From: Phycisphaerae bacterium
GTDB lineage: Bacteria; Planctomycetota; Phycisphaerae; SM23-33
Length of the DNA: 64,000 nucleotides
Direction: 5' to 3'
NCBI GenBank assembly: GCA_041946855.1
Contig: JBHGBE010000009.1
Location: 7,838 to 71,837 of the forward strand
The translations under genes were made by a program, and so were the position numbers. Below the pieces are notes generated by a model. The model was not told where the DNA came from. It saw only the letters and a program-made list of their open reading frames with translations, and searched no databases. Each line of letters begins with the position of its first letter. Positions within the stretch are counted from its first letter, which is position 1. This document shows, in pieces, positions 39,256 through 49,206 of the stretch.

Positions 39256-40170
39256 ATGGCGATCCAACCCGGAAAGCACGAGCGCGAGAACCTCTGGCGG
39301 CTGCTGGAGATGGCGCGTGATGAGGACCTGGGCTCGGGCGACGTGACCAGCGCGATCCTACCGGCCGAGGTGCTGGCGACGGCGCACTTCGTCGCCCGCC
39401 AGCCGATGGTGGTCTGCGGCCTGGCGCTGCTTGAGTCGATCGCCCTGTGCTACGACGGGCAGATTCGCACCGAGCAGTTGGTCGACGACGGCTCGCGCGT
39501 CGAGAAGGGCGCGGCCCTTGCGGTCTGGCACGGTCCGGCCCGCGGCGTGATGGCGGCCGAGCGGGTGGCGCTCAACTTCGTGCAGCGCCTCTCCGGCGTG
39601 GCGACGGTGACAAGCGAGTACGTGCAGGCGGTGGCCGGCACCGGGGCGGGCATCTACGACACGCGGAAGACCACGCCCGGCTGGCGCGAGCTGGAGAAGT
39701 ACGCCGTCCGCGCGGGCGGCGGCAAGAACCACCGCCGCGGCCTGTACGACGCCGTGCTGGTCAAGGACAACCACCTCGCGGTGCTGGCCAGGGCGGAGGG
39801 CCTGGCCGACTCCCTCGACCGCAACCCCATCACCGAGGCCGCCAGGGAGCTGGAGCGGATACGGCCGTACCTGGGCGAGCGGGCGTTCGTCGAGTTCGAG
39901 GTGGACACGCTCGACCAGTTCATGATCGCGCTGGCCCTGCCGGTCGACATCATCCTGCTGGACAACATGACGCCGGACCAGATTCGCATGGCCGTGAACA
40001 TGCGCGACGGCGCGGGACTCAAGGGGCGGATCGACCTGGAGGCCTCCGGCGGCATCACGCTGGCCAACGTGCGGCAGGTCGCCGAGACGGGCGTGGAGCG
40101 GATTGCGATAGGGGCGCTGACCCATTCATCGGGGTCGGTGGACGTGGCGCTGGATATCAAGGTGGGTTGA
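39256..40170 (+). CDS. nadC: Nicotinate-nucleotide diphosphorylase (quinolinate phosphoribosyltransferase)
   Basis: EDLGSGDVTS, ERVALN, DTRKTTPG, HRRGLYD, KDNH, LLDNM and EASGGI. Confidence 0.95.
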   Translation: MAIQPGKHERENLWRLLEMARDEDLGSGDVTSAILPAEVLATAHFVARQPMVVCGLALLESIALCYDGQIRTEQLVDDGSRVEKGAALAVWHGPARGVMAAERVALNFVQRLSGVATVTSEYVQAVAGTGAGIYDTRKTTPGWRELEKYAVRAGGGKNHRRGLYDAVLVKDNHLAVLARAEGLADSLDRNPITEAARELERIRPYLGERAFVEFEVDTLDQFMIALALPVDIILLDNMTPDQIRMAVNMRDGAGLKGRIDLEASGGITLANVRQVAETGVERIAIGALTHSSGSVDVALDIKVG

Positions 40171-40175
40171 AAGCC

Positions 40176-40207
40176 GATTGTAGATTGCAGATTGCAGATT
40201 GTAGATT
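40176..40207 (+). repeat. Solo heptamer array (GATTGYA, 4.5 copies)
   Basis: GATTGTA GATTGCA GATTGCA GATTGTA GATT between the nadC and DUF433 stop codons. Confidence 0.75.
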
Positions 40208-40426
40208 TCAGAGAGTTGAGCAGTTCTTCCGTTCCGTCAAAGCAGTTGCGTAGCGCAGGGAGGCTTGGAGGTCCTCGCGGGTCAGGGAGGGATATTCCTT
40301 CAGCAGGTCCTCCACGGTGTCGCCGTTGGCGAGCATCTTGACGATCTGGTGAACGGGGATTCTCGTTCCCTTCACGCACGCCTGGCCGTGGCAGATGGCT
40401 GGATCTATGCTTATTCGCGGGAACAT
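40208..40426 (-). CDS. DUF433 protein (putative antitoxin)
   Basis: RISIDPAICHGQACVKGTRIPV..LLKEYPSLTREDL. Confidence 0.85.
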   Translation of the reverse strand: MFPRISIDPAICHGQACVKGTRIPVHQIVKMLANGDTVEDLLKEYPSLTREDLQASLRYATALTERKNCSTL

Positions 40427-40519
40427 GGTTATCTCCGGTTTTTTCTTCTATCCATCTTACCGCAGTCAAGGAAGGATTGCACGAAGGCGAAAATGGCCTG
40501 AATGGCACAGGGATGAGCG

Positions 40520-41581
40520 TCATGAAGAAGCCGGGTGCATCTCGACAGTGACGCATCCAGCGCCCCCGGGGCTGCCTTCAACCGTGATCTTCCTCCCCGC
40601 GACCTGCCGGATCACGGCGGCGTTGGTAAGGAGATGGTCGGTGATGCACTGCGTGGTGAACCGGCTTTGGTCGGGGCACAGGGCGGCGATGGTGATGATC
40701 TGGTCCGCCGCGTGGGGGTCGAGGGCGGCGTCTGTCTTGAGGAAGTCCAGCAGTGCCGACGCGGCCTCGGCGGCGACGGCCTCCGCAGGCTTGCCGCGCT
40801 TGCACAGCGCCGAGAAGCCGGCGACCGTGCGGGCGAAGGCCGCCCGCAGGAACACGGCCGTGCCGGGCGAGTGCGTCGGCCAGGCGGCCTGCTCGATCCT
40901 GACCGGGCAGCCGGCGGCCGCGAGCATCTCGGACCCCTTCGCGGCCTGGCGCTCGATGATGTGATGCGGCAGCGACTCCGCCGCGGCCGACAGGCCTTCG
41001 ACGCCCTTGAGCGACCCGCGCCCGGTCAGGCAGATCGGCGCGAGGTCCTCCGCGATGCCGCCGCGGACCTGCATCCGCACCTCCCCGCCGCCGGCCGGGA
41101 AGAAGCCGGCGCGGACCATCTCGAAGTAGACCTGCACATTCATCGCCGAGGCCAGCACGCCAAAGACGTCCCGCAGGTATTCGAAGCACGGCGCCATCGG
41201 GTTGTGCGTGCCGCCGGTCACGGCGACGTCGGAGTCGCCGTCGGCAACGATCAGGGCGGGCAGCACCGTCTGGAGCACGAGCGTCGTCGAGCCGGCCGTG
41301 CCGATGTCGAAACGGTAGCTTCCCGCCTTGACCTGGCCCGGCTTGAAGGAAAGCTCCCTCGACCCCAGCGCATCGCCGGCAAGCCGCCCCTGGCAGACCG
41401 CCGCCGCCGCGCGCACGGCCGCAAGGTGCTGCGCCGCCAGGCCGGGCTTGGGCCGATTGGCGCGGATGTTGACGACCTTGACGGCCCGCCCAAGCGCCGC
41501 AGCAAGCCCAAGCGATGTCCGCAGAATCTGCCCGCCGCCCTCGCCCTGCGAGCCGTCGATGACCACGAACTCATCCGCCAT
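40520..41581 (-). CDS. rtcA: RNA 3'-terminal phosphate cyclase
   Basis: IDGSQGEGGGQILR, RPKPGLAAQHL, GGTHNP and DPHAADQ. Confidence 0.93.
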   Translation of the reverse strand: MADEFVVIDGSQGEGGGQILRTSLGLAAALGRAVKVVNIRANRPKPGLAAQHLAAVRAAAAVCQGRLAGDALGSRELSFKPGQVKAGSYRFDIGTAGSTTLVLQTVLPALIVADGDSDVAVTGGTHNPMAPCFEYLRDVFGVLASAMNVQVYFEMVRAGFFPAGGGEVRMQVRGGIAEDLAPICLTGRGSLKGVEGLSAAAESLPHHIIERQAAKGSEMLAAAGCPVRIEQAAWPTHSPGTAVFLRAAFARTVAGFSALCKRGKPAEAVAAEAASALLDFLKTDAALDPHAADQIITIAALCPDQSRFTTQCITDHLLTNAAVIRQVAGRKITVEGSPGGAGCVTVEMHPASS

Positions 41582-41613
41582 ACGCGGATGTTATCCCCGC
41601 CGGCGTGCGCTGA

Positions 41614-41673
41614 AAATAGGGACGCACCCCATTTTCCAGGCAAACGGCGGGAAAATAGGGTGCGTCCCTATTT
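41614..41673. repeat. Long inverted repeat/hairpin ending the MoxR operon
   Basis: AAATAGGGACGCACCC ... GGGTGCGTCCCTATTT; includes the stop codon of the HEAT gene. Confidence 0.7.
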
Positions 41674-44088
41674 ATCGGGCACCGCGGGCGTAATGCTGAT
41701 ACGCATGCCCTTGGGGTCCACAAGGCGCACGCGGAACTGGTAGTAAGAGTAGTTGTTGAGGGCCTTGACCACCAGGCGGTTGGCGCCCTTCTGGAGCGTC
41801 ACGTCGATCTTCGTCTCCTGGTGCTGCGGGAGGTCCTTGAGCTTCTGGCCGTTGAGCCACACCATGCACGAGACGGATGTCGAGAAGGACAGGACGGCCT
41901 TCTCCGGGAAGTTCTCGGGCGGGACCTGGAAGTCGGCCACCGCGTAGGAGACGCTGTTTGCGGGCGGGGACACGAAGCCGCCGTCGAGGTGTACCATGCC
42001 GTCCACGGTGTTGACCCTCAGCGGCGTCCAGGCGAGTTGGGGGCTCTTCTTGCCCGGGATGACGATGCGAGCCGAGGACGACGCGGCCAGCTCCAGCAGG
42101 TCCAGCTTCTTTTCGCCGGCCGTTATGACGGGCGAGCCCACGAAGGCCGCGCCGGAGGAAGCGTTCTTGGCCGCGCCGGCCTGGAGCTCCAGCGTGACGC
42201 TGCGCCCGGCCCACGCCGACAGGTCGATCTCGACGGCGTCCCAGGCGCTGGACTTGTCGAGTTGCCGCGAAAGGAGCGACTTGCCGTCGAGGACCACCTC
42301 AAAGGGCGTCCCCGGCTGGGCGCCTTCCCGCAGGGCAAGCGCCATCGCGAGCTTGACGTCCTTGCCCGCGGGGACCTCAAGCGCGTACACCGCCGATGTG
42401 CGGCTGTTGGGCAGCTCATCCTGGCTGGGGGCGACGATCAGGAGCGCCTTCTTCGCGGCCCCGCCCGCGGTGGCATCGGCGACGCTGACGGCCGCGCCGG
42501 CGCTGAGCGTGTCGTAGGTCTTCTTGAAGTCGATTTCCTTCTCAGGCGTGTACTCGACGGCCAGGCCCTTGTTGTCGCGGTCGGGGCCGTAGGGGCCGAG
42601 GGTCATCCAGTCGGTGATGTACGCCTCGGCGGCGGCCACGCGGCGCTTGGTGTCGTCGTCGGTGTGCTTGTCCAGCGCGGCGGCGGCCGCATCCCGCAGC
42701 GAGTCGTTTGCCCCGCCGAGGAACTTGTCCAGCGCCGCCAAAGCGCCGTTCGTCTCGGCGGCGGTGACGCGGTCCTTGAGCAGGCCGATCGCCGCCCCGG
42801 CGACGCCGGTGTCCGCGTGGTCAAGGGCCTTGGCCAGGTACTTGACGATGCCTTCCTTCGGCGCGCCGGTGGTGACCTTGGACAGCGAGGTCAGGGCCTG
42901 AAGCGCGACGTAGCGATTCGGGTCCGCGATGGTCTGGCGGAACAGCTCGAAATGGTCCGCCTTGGGGCAGCGGGCCAGGCCTTCAACCGCGTGGATGCGG
43001 ACCCGGCCGTCGGGATCCTTGTGGGTGAGATAGAGCGCGAAGGTCGACTGATACCGCGGCGCATCGAAGGTGTAGAGCAACTGCATGGCCGCGGGGAGAG
43101 CCTGGTCGTAGGCCGCGTTGGGCGTGGCGAGGATGGCGGCGACGTTGTCACAGACCTCGGCCGACGGGTGCGCGCCCAGCAGCTCAACGGCCGGCACATA
43201 CAGGGCCGTGTTGGTTGACTTCAGCGCCAGGCCGAGCGGCCCGGCGAGCGTCTTGCCGTCGAAGCACGCGAGGCTGCGCTTGCAGGCGGCCTTGGTCTCC
43301 GCGTCGGCGTCGGTCGCGTGATGGGCCAGCAGGGCCGGGATGGCCCCGGCGTCGAGCAGCCTGCCGATTGCGGCGGCGGCCTCGATGCGGACGGCCGGCT
43401 CCTTATGGTCGAGCAGTTCGATCAGGCTCCTGCGGGCCTGGTCGTTGGCCACATACACCAGGGCCTTTGCCGCGTGGCGAACCATGTCCGTGTCGGCGGA
43501 CTTGAGCTGTGCGGCCACGGTCGGGTACGCGGAGGCCTTCTTGAGGCGGGCGTACGCCACCAGCGCCTGGCACTGGACGGCCGGCGACTGGTCCTTGAGC
43601 CGTTCGAGGATCGCGCCCTCCGAGCCGGCGTCGCCGATGATGCCCAGGGCCTCCACGGCCGCCGCACGCAGCTCGGGAACCGCGCCCTTGGCGTGGGCCA
43701 GCGCATCCTGGAGCACGTCGGTCTTCTGGATCTCGGCCAGGGCCACCAGCGCCCTTCCCCGCGACCACGCGTTGCCGCCGCCAGTCAGGATGGCCTTGAG
43801 CGGCGCGATCGCCTCCTTGGACCCGGCCGCCGAGAGTTGCTTCATCGCGTGAAGCTGGATGATCCAGTCCTTGGAATTCAGGTCCTCAAGCGCCTGCTGG
43901 ATGTCGATGGGGGCGGACTTGTCCTGGGCGAGGAGCGGAGACGCCAGAATCAATGCTGCCGCCGCTCCCAGAACGATGCGGCACAGCCTTGGATTGGGGT
44001 CGAACGTCCGGTCATGGTATCCGGACTTGTGGATACTGACACCGAACTCAGGAGAGCCAGAAACCGACCTGTAAGGAGCCATCGTCAT
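41668..44088 (-). CDS. Exported HEAT-repeat protein with C-terminal beta-sandwich domains
   Basis: Repeated LRAAAVEALG/VRIEAAAAIG units; ITDWMTLGPY; VWLNG..GANRLVVK. Confidence 0.8.
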   Translation of the reverse strand: MTMAPYRSVSGSPEFGVSIHKSGYHDRTFDPNPRLCRIVLGAAAALILASPLLAQDKSAPIDIQQALEDLNSKDWIIQLHAMKQLSAAGSKEAIAPLKAILTGGGNAWSRGRALVALAEIQKTDVLQDALAHAKGAVPELRAAAVEALGIIGDAGSEGAILERLKDQSPAVQCQALVAYARLKKASAYPTVAAQLKSADTDMVRHAAKALVYVANDQARRSLIELLDHKEPAVRIEAAAAIGRLLDAGAIPALLAHHATDADAETKAACKRSLACFDGKTLAGPLGLALKSTNTALYVPAVELLGAHPSAEVCDNVAAILATPNAAYDQALPAAMQLLYTFDAPRYQSTFALYLTHKDPDGRVRIHAVEGLARCPKADHFELFRQTIADPNRYVALQALTSLSKVTTGAPKEGIVKYLAKALDHADTGVAGAAIGLLKDRVTAAETNGALAALDKFLGGANDSLRDAAAAALDKHTDDDTKRRVAAAEAYITDWMTLGPYGPDRDNKGLAVEYTPEKEIDFKKTYDTLSAGAAVSVADATAGGAAKKALLIVAPSQDELPNSRTSAVYALEVPAGKDVKLAMALALREGAQPGTPFEVVLDGKSLLSRQLDKSSAWDAVEIDLSAWAGRSVTLELQAGAAKNASSGAAFVGSPVITAGEKKLDLLELAASSSARIVIPGKKSPQLAWTPLRVNTVDGMVHLDGGFVSPPANSVSYAVADFQVPPENFPEKAVLSFSTSVSCMVWLNGQKLKDLPQHQETKIDVTLQKGANRLVVKALNNYSYYQFRVRLVDPKGMRISITPAVPDK

Positions 44089-44203
44089 GTGAGAGACTCA
44101 ATATCGAATATCAAACACGGAATATCGAATATCGAACGCAAAGCATCGCCAATGTTCTCACTTCGACATTCGATATTGCTTGTTCGATATTCGTGATTTC
44201 CTT
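44086..44203. repeat. Heptamer-array hairpin (AATATCG type), copy 1
   Basis: AATATCG arrays on the left arm and CGATATT arrays on the right arm. Confidence 0.85.
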
Positions 44204-44209
44204 CGCGGG

Positions 44210-45298
44210 TCATCTTTGATAGATGGGCAGGTATCGGTACGGCACGCCGAGGATCAGGATGGACATCGACGCGCCGTAGGCGGAGTCGGAGGCGTCGGGC
44301 ACGCGCCAACTGCCGTCCTTGGCCTGCTTGGTCAGCAGCACGTCGCGGATGTGCGGGTACCAGTCCTGGTAGTAGTCCTCGCCGGCCTGGTACATCGACT
44401 GGATCGCGTAGTAATGGCCGTAGAGGTAGAAGCCGGTCAAGTTCGTGAACTTGGAGTCGGGGAGCTTCCTGAGGTATTCCAGGGCCTTGCGGACGGCCGG
44501 TGTATCGCGCTCGCCGCTCATCAACAGCGACATCGTGCCGGCGGCCGAGCGGGAGAAGATCGGGTCCTGCGGCCCTGTGTAGCCGAAGCCGCCGTTGGAC
44601 TTGACCTGGCAGCTCTTGACGTACTTGACGGCCTTCTCGATCACCTTGGACGGAACGAGGATTCCCGCCTCGCGGGCCGAGGAGAGCGCCACCACCTGCA
44701 TCACCGTGACGGATATGTCGGCGTCGACCGGCCGGGGGTCGTAGCGCCAGCCGCCGGCGTTGTTCTGCGACTTGATGATGACCTCGACGGCCCGCTTGAG
44801 CACGTCGCGGATCTCGTCGCGGTCGCTCATGCCCCAGGCCTCCGACAGCGCCAGCGTCGCCAGGCCGTGCTCGTACATGTTGATGCCCATGTATCCGGCG
44901 CCGTCGTTGGACTTCTTGATGAGGTACTCGACCCCCTTGTCGAGCATCACGCCGTACTGGCCCTTGCGGGGGAAATTGCCCTTGAGCATGAACGCCATGA
45001 GCGTCAGGGAAGTGCCGGCCACCTTGTACTCGCGGCCCCAACTGCCGTCCTTGTTCTGCTGGGTGGACAGGAACTTCAGGCCGCGGTCGATGGCCGACTC
45101 CACGTCGGGCGTGAGCTCGGCGATGTTGACCCGCGTGTCGGCCGGCGCGGCCTGGACGTACCGGAGCGGCGCGTCAACCAGGCCCAGTATCACGGCGAAG
45201 ATGACGGCCGTCCTGACCGGCCCGCGAAGGCCCTTGCCCAGCCGGAACGGCCTCGGCGACCTGGCGTCCTCGTGGCCGTCACTTGGACAACGCTTCAT
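44210..45298 (-). CDS. Prenyltransferase/squalene-oxidase repeat protein
   Basis: QNKDGSWG, MYEHGLATLALSE, QNNAGGWRY, YGHYYA and LPIYQR. Confidence 0.85.
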   Translation of the reverse strand: MKRCPSDGHEDARSPRPFRLGKGLRGPVRTAVIFAVILGLVDAPLRYVQAAPADTRVNIAELTPDVESAIDRGLKFLSTQQNKDGSWGREYKVAGTSLTLMAFMLKGNFPRKGQYGVMLDKGVEYLIKKSNDGAGYMGINMYEHGLATLALSEAWGMSDRDEIRDVLKRAVEVIIKSQNNAGGWRYDPRPVDADISVTVMQVVALSSAREAGILVPSKVIEKAVKYVKSCQVKSNGGFGYTGPQDPIFSRSAAGTMSLLMSGERDTPAVRKALEYLRKLPDSKFTNLTGFYLYGHYYAIQSMYQAGEDYYQDWYPHIRDVLLTKQAKDGSWRVPDASDSAYGASMSILILGVPYRYLPIYQR

Positions 45299-47015
45299 AG
45301 TAATTCTCCAGGAGCTCCTTGTACTCCGGCGGAAGCTCCCGCTGGTACTTCTGGTAGAGCGCCTCGCGCTCGCGCGGCGTCATGGGCGTCCACTTGGCGT
45401 CGCCCTCGGGGTTCATGCCCGGGGCCGCGGGCTTCCTGGTCGACTCGCGCTTGCCCTCGGGGTCGGGGTCCTTCTTCTCCGGATCGTGCATCTTCATCCG
45501 TTTGCGCGCGAGCTTGTCCTTGAGCTTGTTGCCCTTCTCCTTCAGGGCCTTGATGACGTTCTGCTCGTGCTGAATGGCCTCTTCCTTCTTGCCCTGGTGC
45601 ATGTCCTGGGCGGCCTCGTGGGCCTCCTGCTGGGCCTGCTCGACCTTGAGCTCGTTGGACTTCTCCTCGATCTTCTCCTCCTGGCCTTCGAGCTTGCCCA
45701 TCTCCTTGGGGGCTGTCTGCTGGGTCTGATCCATGACCCTCTCCTGCTCCTTGGTCAGGTCCTCGATCTGCTGTAGCTCCTTCTCGTCGGGGTCCTGCTT
45801 GGCTTCCTCGTCGGTCTGGTCCTCGCGCTGCTGCTCGTCCTGCTCGAGTTTCCTGTTGACCGCCTCGATCGCGTCGGACAGGTCCTTCTCGGCCTGCTTC
45901 TGCTCGGCGACGGCGTCCTTCTTGTTGGGCTCCTCGATCTTCTTCTCGGCGTTCTTCATGTCCTGCCGGGCGGCGTCGAGCTTCTTGTCGGCCTCCGGCG
46001 GGTTGACCTCCTTGTTCTCCTCCTGGACCTTCTGGGTCTTCTTCTCCAGGTCGTGCTGCTGGTTCTGGAGGTCCTTGCGCTGTTCGGGGTTCAGGTCGCT
46101 CTTCTCCGTCTTCTGGCGAAGCTCCTGCTGCTCCTTTAGGAGCTGCTCCAGGTCGGCCTTCTCCTTCTCGAGCTGGTTGATCTCCGCCCGGAGGTCGTCG
46201 GCCATCAGCATCTTCTCGATCTCGCGGAGCTGCTCCAGTATCGTCTTCTGCTGCCCGACGGCCGCGATGGGCTTCTTGTCGAGGATGTCCTTGGCGGTCG
46301 CGGTCATCTCGGCCTCGATGTTCATCCTGGCCATGGCAGTGAACGCCTGCTCCAGCGGGATCTTGTCCAGCCCTTCGGCGGAGTCCCTGGCTTCCTTGAG
46401 GCGGTTGTGGAAGTGCTCGACGTTCTTGGCGAGGTCGCTCTGGCGCGGGGCCAGCTCGTCCTTCTTGCCGTCGGAAGTGGGGTCGGCCACGAGCTGCTTG
46501 GCCCACTTGGCCGTGTCCTGCATGGTCACGTCCTGCTTCTGGATGATGATCCGCAGCTCGGTCAGGAGGTCCTCATCCGACTGGAACGTGTCGGCCTTGG
46601 TCAGCAGGCGTTCAAGCTCCTTGAGGATGAACTTGATCTCCTTGTCGGCGGATGAGAGCTCGGGGCCGCTCAGGCCGGTCTTGAGGGACTCCAGGCGCGC
46701 CTTGGCGGCCTCCAGGTACTTGGCCGCGTTGGGCACGTGCTCCGTGCTGAGCTTGCCCAGGACGTTGGTGATCCGCTGCATCTCGTCGGCCATCACGCCC
46801 TGCAAGAGGTCGTTGGACTTCAGGTCGGCGATGAGCAGGGCCACCGTGGCGATGGTGTTGTCCATCCGCTGGTTGACGCTGTGCTGCCGCTGGGCCTCGT
46901 CCATGAGCTTGTCGGCAAGTTTGAGGAACTCGTCCTTGCCGTTGTCCTGCCCGGCCGCATACGGGATGCACAGGCCCGCCAGGGCCACCGCCACAGCCAG
47001 ATGCACGATTTTCAT
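45279..47015 (-). CDS. Exported coiled-coil protein (DUF4175-like C-terminal part)
   Basis: Signal peptide, Q/E/K-rich helices and terminal LPPEYKELLENYYEAL. Confidence 0.75.
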   Translation of the reverse strand: MKIVHLAVAVALAGLCIPYAAGQDNGKDEFLKLADKLMDEAQRQHSVNQRMDNTIATVALLIADLKSNDLLQGVMADEMQRITNVLGKLSTEHVPNAAKYLEAAKARLESLKTGLSGPELSSADKEIKFILKELERLLTKADTFQSDEDLLTELRIIIQKQDVTMQDTAKWAKQLVADPTSDGKKDELAPRQSDLAKNVEHFHNRLKEARDSAEGLDKIPLEQAFTAMARMNIEAEMTATAKDILDKKPIAAVGQQKTILEQLREIEKMLMADDLRAEINQLEKEKADLEQLLKEQQELRQKTEKSDLNPEQRKDLQNQQHDLEKKTQKVQEENKEVNPPEADKKLDAARQDMKNAEKKIEEPNKKDAVAEQKQAEKDLSDAIEAVNRKLEQDEQQREDQTDEEAKQDPDEKELQQIEDLTKEQERVMDQTQQTAPKEMGKLEGQEEKIEEKSNELKVEQAQQEAHEAAQDMHQGKKEEAIQHEQNVIKALKEKGNKLKDKLARKRMKMHDPEKKDPDPEGKRESTRKPAAPGMNPEGDAKWTPMTPREREALYQKYQRELPPEYKELLENYYEALSK

Positions 47016-47100
47016 AATCTGTTCTCCCGCGTGTACTTCCCTACATCTTAAACCTCAGACGGCCCAAACGGGCCCTGGTTCCGATATTTCCAGCCGTGGC

Positions 47101-49062
47101 CTAAGGCGCCGGCGACGAGGCCGGCCCGGACGACGGCTCGGGCGACGGCTGCGACGACGGGTTCTTCATCACGTCGACCGCCTTGGAGGCCTCGGTCTCC
47201 TCCTGCTTCATGGCCTCGATCTCCTTCATCTGCCTGGCCATCTCCTCGAGCATCCACCGCCTGTACTCCGCGTCGGATACGATGGTCAGGCGGAACGACC
47301 GGCTGCGGTTGAGGAACGGCCGTTTCTTGAAGACTTCCTTGCCCGCGGCGTCCTTGGCCTTCTCTTCGTGGTTGTCGGCGGCCTCCAGGGTGAACAGGAC
47401 GTTGTCGCCCTCCTTAAGGTCCTTGAAGGAGTCCGCGAGCTTCCATTCCATGTCGGCCTCGACGCTCTTGCCCGTCAGCGGGCCCTTGTAGGGCGACACC
47501 TTCACCGGCTGGCCGTCGTTGAGCTGTGCGATGATCGAGACATCAGACAGCCCGTAGTTGTCCTCCGCCCTGAACCTTATGGTGAGCTTCTTCCTGATAG
47601 TGGCCTTGCCGTCCTGGGTGGGCTGGATGATCTCCACATCCGGCGGCACGTCCTGGTCCACCTGGAGGATGTACCTGACCAGGTCCTCGTACGGGTAGCC
47701 GTGCTCGCGCTCGACCCACCTGAAGCTGTACGGGAACGACTCGGTGGCCACCGTGGTGTAAGTCGCCGTCCGGCCGTCGTCGCTGAGCGTCAGCGGGATG
47801 GAAATCCTGGTCGGCTGTGCCGGCGCCGTGGAGGGCGCGGTGGATGTCGTCGGCTCAAGGCTGATCGACTCCGCCACGTCGCGGACCATCTCGGCGGACC
47901 TCAGCGGCACGTCGAACCGTAGCTGCCAGGTGATCTCGGTGCTCTCGGGGACCTGGAGGTTCAGGTCGTCCATCTCGCCCGTGCCCGGCTGTGTCGCCGC
48001 CTCGGCGGGGACGGTTGAGGGATGCTTGCCCATGCCTGTGAAGGCCGGGTACTTCAGAAGCACCTTGGCCTTGGCGATCCGCGGCGGCGAGATGAACCGG
48101 ACCCGGTAGACGGGGCTGCGGTCGTCGCCGATCTTGACCGAGAAGAGGAAGTCCTGTGCCTGCACACCGATGGGGGAGTGGAAGGCCCCGCGCGTGTCCT
48201 TGTCGTCGAGGTCATTGGGCGGCCCGGCCTGCATCGGGTAGGTGCCCCAGGCACCGTTGGCGGGCTTGTACCGCAGCGCGCCCTCCGACGGCAGAGCGCC
48301 GGTGCATCGCGCGACGATCGTGACCGGCTCGCCGTACTTTACGTCGAACTGGCCGATTGCCCCGTCCGACGCGGCCTTGTCCGGGCGGACCAGGCCCGCC
48401 GGCTCAAGGCCCTTGCCCACGTACACCTTCACGTCCTCAACGTGCGTCCGCGTGGGGTAGGCGATCTGGCTGCCCATCAGGCGGTACAGCAGCGCGGTGA
48501 AGTAATCCGACTGTGTGAAGCTGATTACCCCGAAGAGGATGAACGCCGCGGCCGACACCGCGAAGAGCCGCTTCAGCTCGCGGTAGTTGACGATCTCGCG
48601 GAAGTTGATCGGGCGCGTCTCATCCACCGCCTGGTGGCGGAACGCCGTCAGCAGCACGGGCGATGCCTGTGAATCCGGCGGCAGCGGGCCTTCCAATTGG
48701 ATGTACGAGACCAGCAGGCTCCGAAGCTCCGGGTGGCGATTCTCGACCTGGAGGGCGACCCGAACGGGATCGTACTTACGCAGCAGCCGCAGCCACCTGC
48801 GCCAGGCGATCCACCCCAGCACGACGGCGTCGATTGCCAGCAGCACCACCCGGCCGACGCGGGAGCCCGTCTCGCCGACGGCCGACGAACTGAGGAACAG
48901 CCAGTCGATCACGAAGTCCAGCAGCGCCAGCGCCACCACCCACAGCAGCAGGCTGCACAGGCCGCGGGTGTGGACGAACCGCCGCTCCTTGCGCCAGGCC
49001 TTCCGCAGCTTGGCGTGGATCTCGTGCGAGCCGAAAACCGTCGTGTCGGTCAGTGTCGTCAT
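47101..49062 (-). CDS. Membrane protein with Ig-like domains (DUF4175-like N-terminal part)
   Basis: Three TM segments, ENRHPEL, DVPPDVEI..P and AEDNYGL. Confidence 0.75.
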   Translation of the reverse strand: MTTLTDTTVFGSHEIHAKLRKAWRKERRFVHTRGLCSLLLWVVALALLDFVIDWLFLSSSAVGETGSRVGRVVLLAIDAVVLGWIAWRRWLRLLRKYDPVRVALQVENRHPELRSLLVSYIQLEGPLPPDSQASPVLLTAFRHQAVDETRPINFREIVNYRELKRLFAVSAAAFILFGVISFTQSDYFTALLYRLMGSQIAYPTRTHVEDVKVYVGKGLEPAGLVRPDKAASDGAIGQFDVKYGEPVTIVARCTGALPSEGALRYKPANGAWGTYPMQAGPPNDLDDKDTRGAFHSPIGVQAQDFLFSVKIGDDRSPVYRVRFISPPRIAKAKVLLKYPAFTGMGKHPSTVPAEAATQPGTGEMDDLNLQVPESTEITWQLRFDVPLRSAEMVRDVAESISLEPTTSTAPSTAPAQPTRISIPLTLSDDGRTATYTTVATESFPYSFRWVEREHGYPYEDLVRYILQVDQDVPPDVEIIQPTQDGKATIRKKLTIRFRAEDNYGLSDVSIIAQLNDGQPVKVSPYKGPLTGKSVEADMEWKLADSFKDLKEGDNVLFTLEAADNHEEKAKDAAGKEVFKKRPFLNRSRSFRLTIVSDAEYRRWMLEEMARQMKEIEAMKQEETEASKAVDVMKNPSSQPSPEPSSGPASSPAP

Positions 49063-49183
49063 GTCAGAGAACTCAATATCGAATAGCCAACAGCGAATAT
49101 CGAATATCGAAGTAACGACGACACAGGCGACGATCTCTCACTTCGCTATTCGATATTTCCTGTTCGATATTCGTGATTTCCTT
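49060..49183. repeat. Heptamer-array hairpin (AATATCG type), copy 2
   Basis: Near-identical to 44086-44203, including both flanks. Confidence 0.85.
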
Positions 49184-49206
49184 TCGTTCGCCGCCCAATC
49201 GCGGCG

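Noticed and set aside
38662-40170. 502-aa membrane-NadC fusion
   Set aside because: Read-through across a permease fragment and a heptamer hairpin; NadC homology begins near 39256.
44086-44203. SD (AAGGA) and ATG brought together by the hairpin
   Set aside because: Spacing remains about 21 nt with the stem removed, and copy 3 is inverted.
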